Assembly (NCBI GenBank): GCA_977017645.1
Contig: OZ360221.1
Coordinates: 136,834,001-136,898,000, forward strand
Reading direction: 5' to 3'
Length of the DNA stretch: 64,000 bases
Source: Torpedo marmorata
Taxonomy: Eukaryota
The position numbers were made by a program, and so were the translations under genes. Shown here one piece after another: positions 62,660-64,000 of the stretch. Under the pieces are notes generated by a model. It was not told the origin of the DNA. It saw only the letters and a program-made list of their open reading frames with translations, and did no database searches. Each line of letters opens with the position of its first letter. Within the stretch, counting starts at the first letter, position 1.

Positions 62660-63308
62660 AACACACTAATGGCATCGTGAAGAAAGCCCATCAGTGCCTC
62701 TACTTCCTCAGGAGTTTGCGGAGGTTTGGTATGATATAACCCTGGCACATTTCGACAGATGTGTGGTGGAAAGTGTGCTGACCGGCTGCATCAAGGTCTG
62801 GTATGGAAACACCAATACCCTTGAGTCTAAAGCCCTGCAAAAGGTAGTGGACACAGCCCAGGACATCACAAGCAAAACCCTCCCCACCAATGAGAAAATC
62901 TATGGGGAACGCTGTCGTCAGAGAGCAGCAGCAATCATCAAGGATCCACACCACCCAGCACACGCTCTGTTCTCGTGGCTACCATCAGGAAAGAGGTATA
63001 GGTGCCACAAAACTTGCACCACCAGGTTCAGGAACAGCTGCTACCCCTCCACCATCAGACTCCTCAACAAAAAAACTCAATCAGGGACTCATTTAAGGAC
63101 TCTTACTTTTGCACATTATTGTTTGTTGTTTTTTTCCTCTCTGGATTGCACAGTCAGTTGTTTACATTTCTTTTTTTTTTACATGTGTACATTGTGAACA
63201 GTTTTTTTTGCACTGCCAATAAGTGGTAATTCTGCCTCACCCACAGGAAAAATAACCTCAGGGTTGTATGTGATGTCACGTATGTACTCTGACTGAAATC
63301 TAAAATCT
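62660..63308 (+). mobile_element. Rex1/Babar-like LINE 3' fragment (second family), decayed
   Basis: [38 protein letters not shown]. Confidence 0.85.
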
Positions 63309-63590
63309 GGATAATATTAGCATCTTCCTTACCTATATCCTTCAGTTAATATTGATACTCTTCACTCTCCTTTCTAAAGCTTTCAATTCTCTTTCCTCTC
63401 TCCCAGATTGTTTCTCACAAATTCCTCCTTTTAAAATGTTACGATCTTCATAGTTTCAAAACACAATAACACACAACCAAATAAAATAGAAGCAGGAGTA
63501 TTCTATCATGGCAACCCCGCTATTTAAGATGATCAAGGCCAATTTATGCTGGCTTTAACTCCCCTCAGAATCATAGAGCAGTACAAGAAC

Positions 63591-63906
63591 AGGAGAGATT
63601 GAAACAAGAGGACATGAGCTAAGAATTAAGGGGCAGAGGTTTAGAGGTAACATGAGGGGGAACTTCTTTACTCAGAGAGTGGTAGCGGTGTGGAATGAGC
63701 TTCCGGGAGAAGTAGTGGCGGCAGAGTCAATTTTATTATTTAAGAAAAAGTTGGACAAGTATATGGATGAGAAGGAAGTGGAGGGTTATGGGCAGGGTGC
63801 AGGTAGGTGGGACTAGATAGGAATGTTTGGTTCGGTGCGGACTGGAAGGGCCTAATGGCCTGTTTCCGTGCTGTAATTGTTATATGGTTATATGGTTATA
63901 TGGTTA
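63591..63906 (+). mobile_element. CR1 young family A, 5'-truncated (about 315 bp)
   Basis: Near-identical to 1470-1778 with TATATGGT tail; aacag repeated at both junctions; sits inside an older CR1/SINE tail. Confidence 0.93.
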
Positions 63907-64000
63907 ACAGAGAAACAGACCCTTTGGCCTACTGTGTCTATGTTCAGCATTATGCTTTTCTATATTAATTACAAGTGTCTGTATGAATTCCATATCCCTC

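Noticed and set aside
63310-63400. Candidate first coding exon ending at a strong AG|GTAAGG donor on the minus strand
   Set aside because: The phase-2 frame needed to join 61927 hits TGA about 9 codons upstream with no ATG in between.

Overview
Eukaryotic (vertebrate) genomic DNA, most likely a cartilaginous fish. That taxon call is an inference from the CR1/Rex1/L1 LINE families and the HE1-like V-SINE. The minus strand carries 16 consecutive, phase-compatible GT-AG exons (61927 to 9053, 2218 nt, one open frame) of a full-length P-glycoprotein-type ABC transporter whose diagnostic residues favour ABCB5 over ABCB1/4. Its first coding exon and C-terminal half were not found in the window. The introns are packed with nested mobile elements: several CR1 LINE families (one near full-length with an esterase ORF1), four L1-clade copies (one full-length decayed, one 5'-inverted, one with a 174-bp in-frame duplication, one tail-less fragment between 63-bp direct repeats), a Rex1/Babar copy nested antisense in its own family, a hAT MITE with TIRs and 8-bp TSD, a V-SINE, an ERV-like LTR-PBS(Arg)-LTR remnant, and two Gmr1-type Gypsy elements (gag-PR-INT-RT-RH order, tRNA-Pro PBS). 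The most notable observation is that both Gmr1-type copies share an in-frame deletion of the RT catalytic core while keeping gag, protease, integrase and RNase H. All coordinates were read by eye; boundaries of decayed repeats are approximate.
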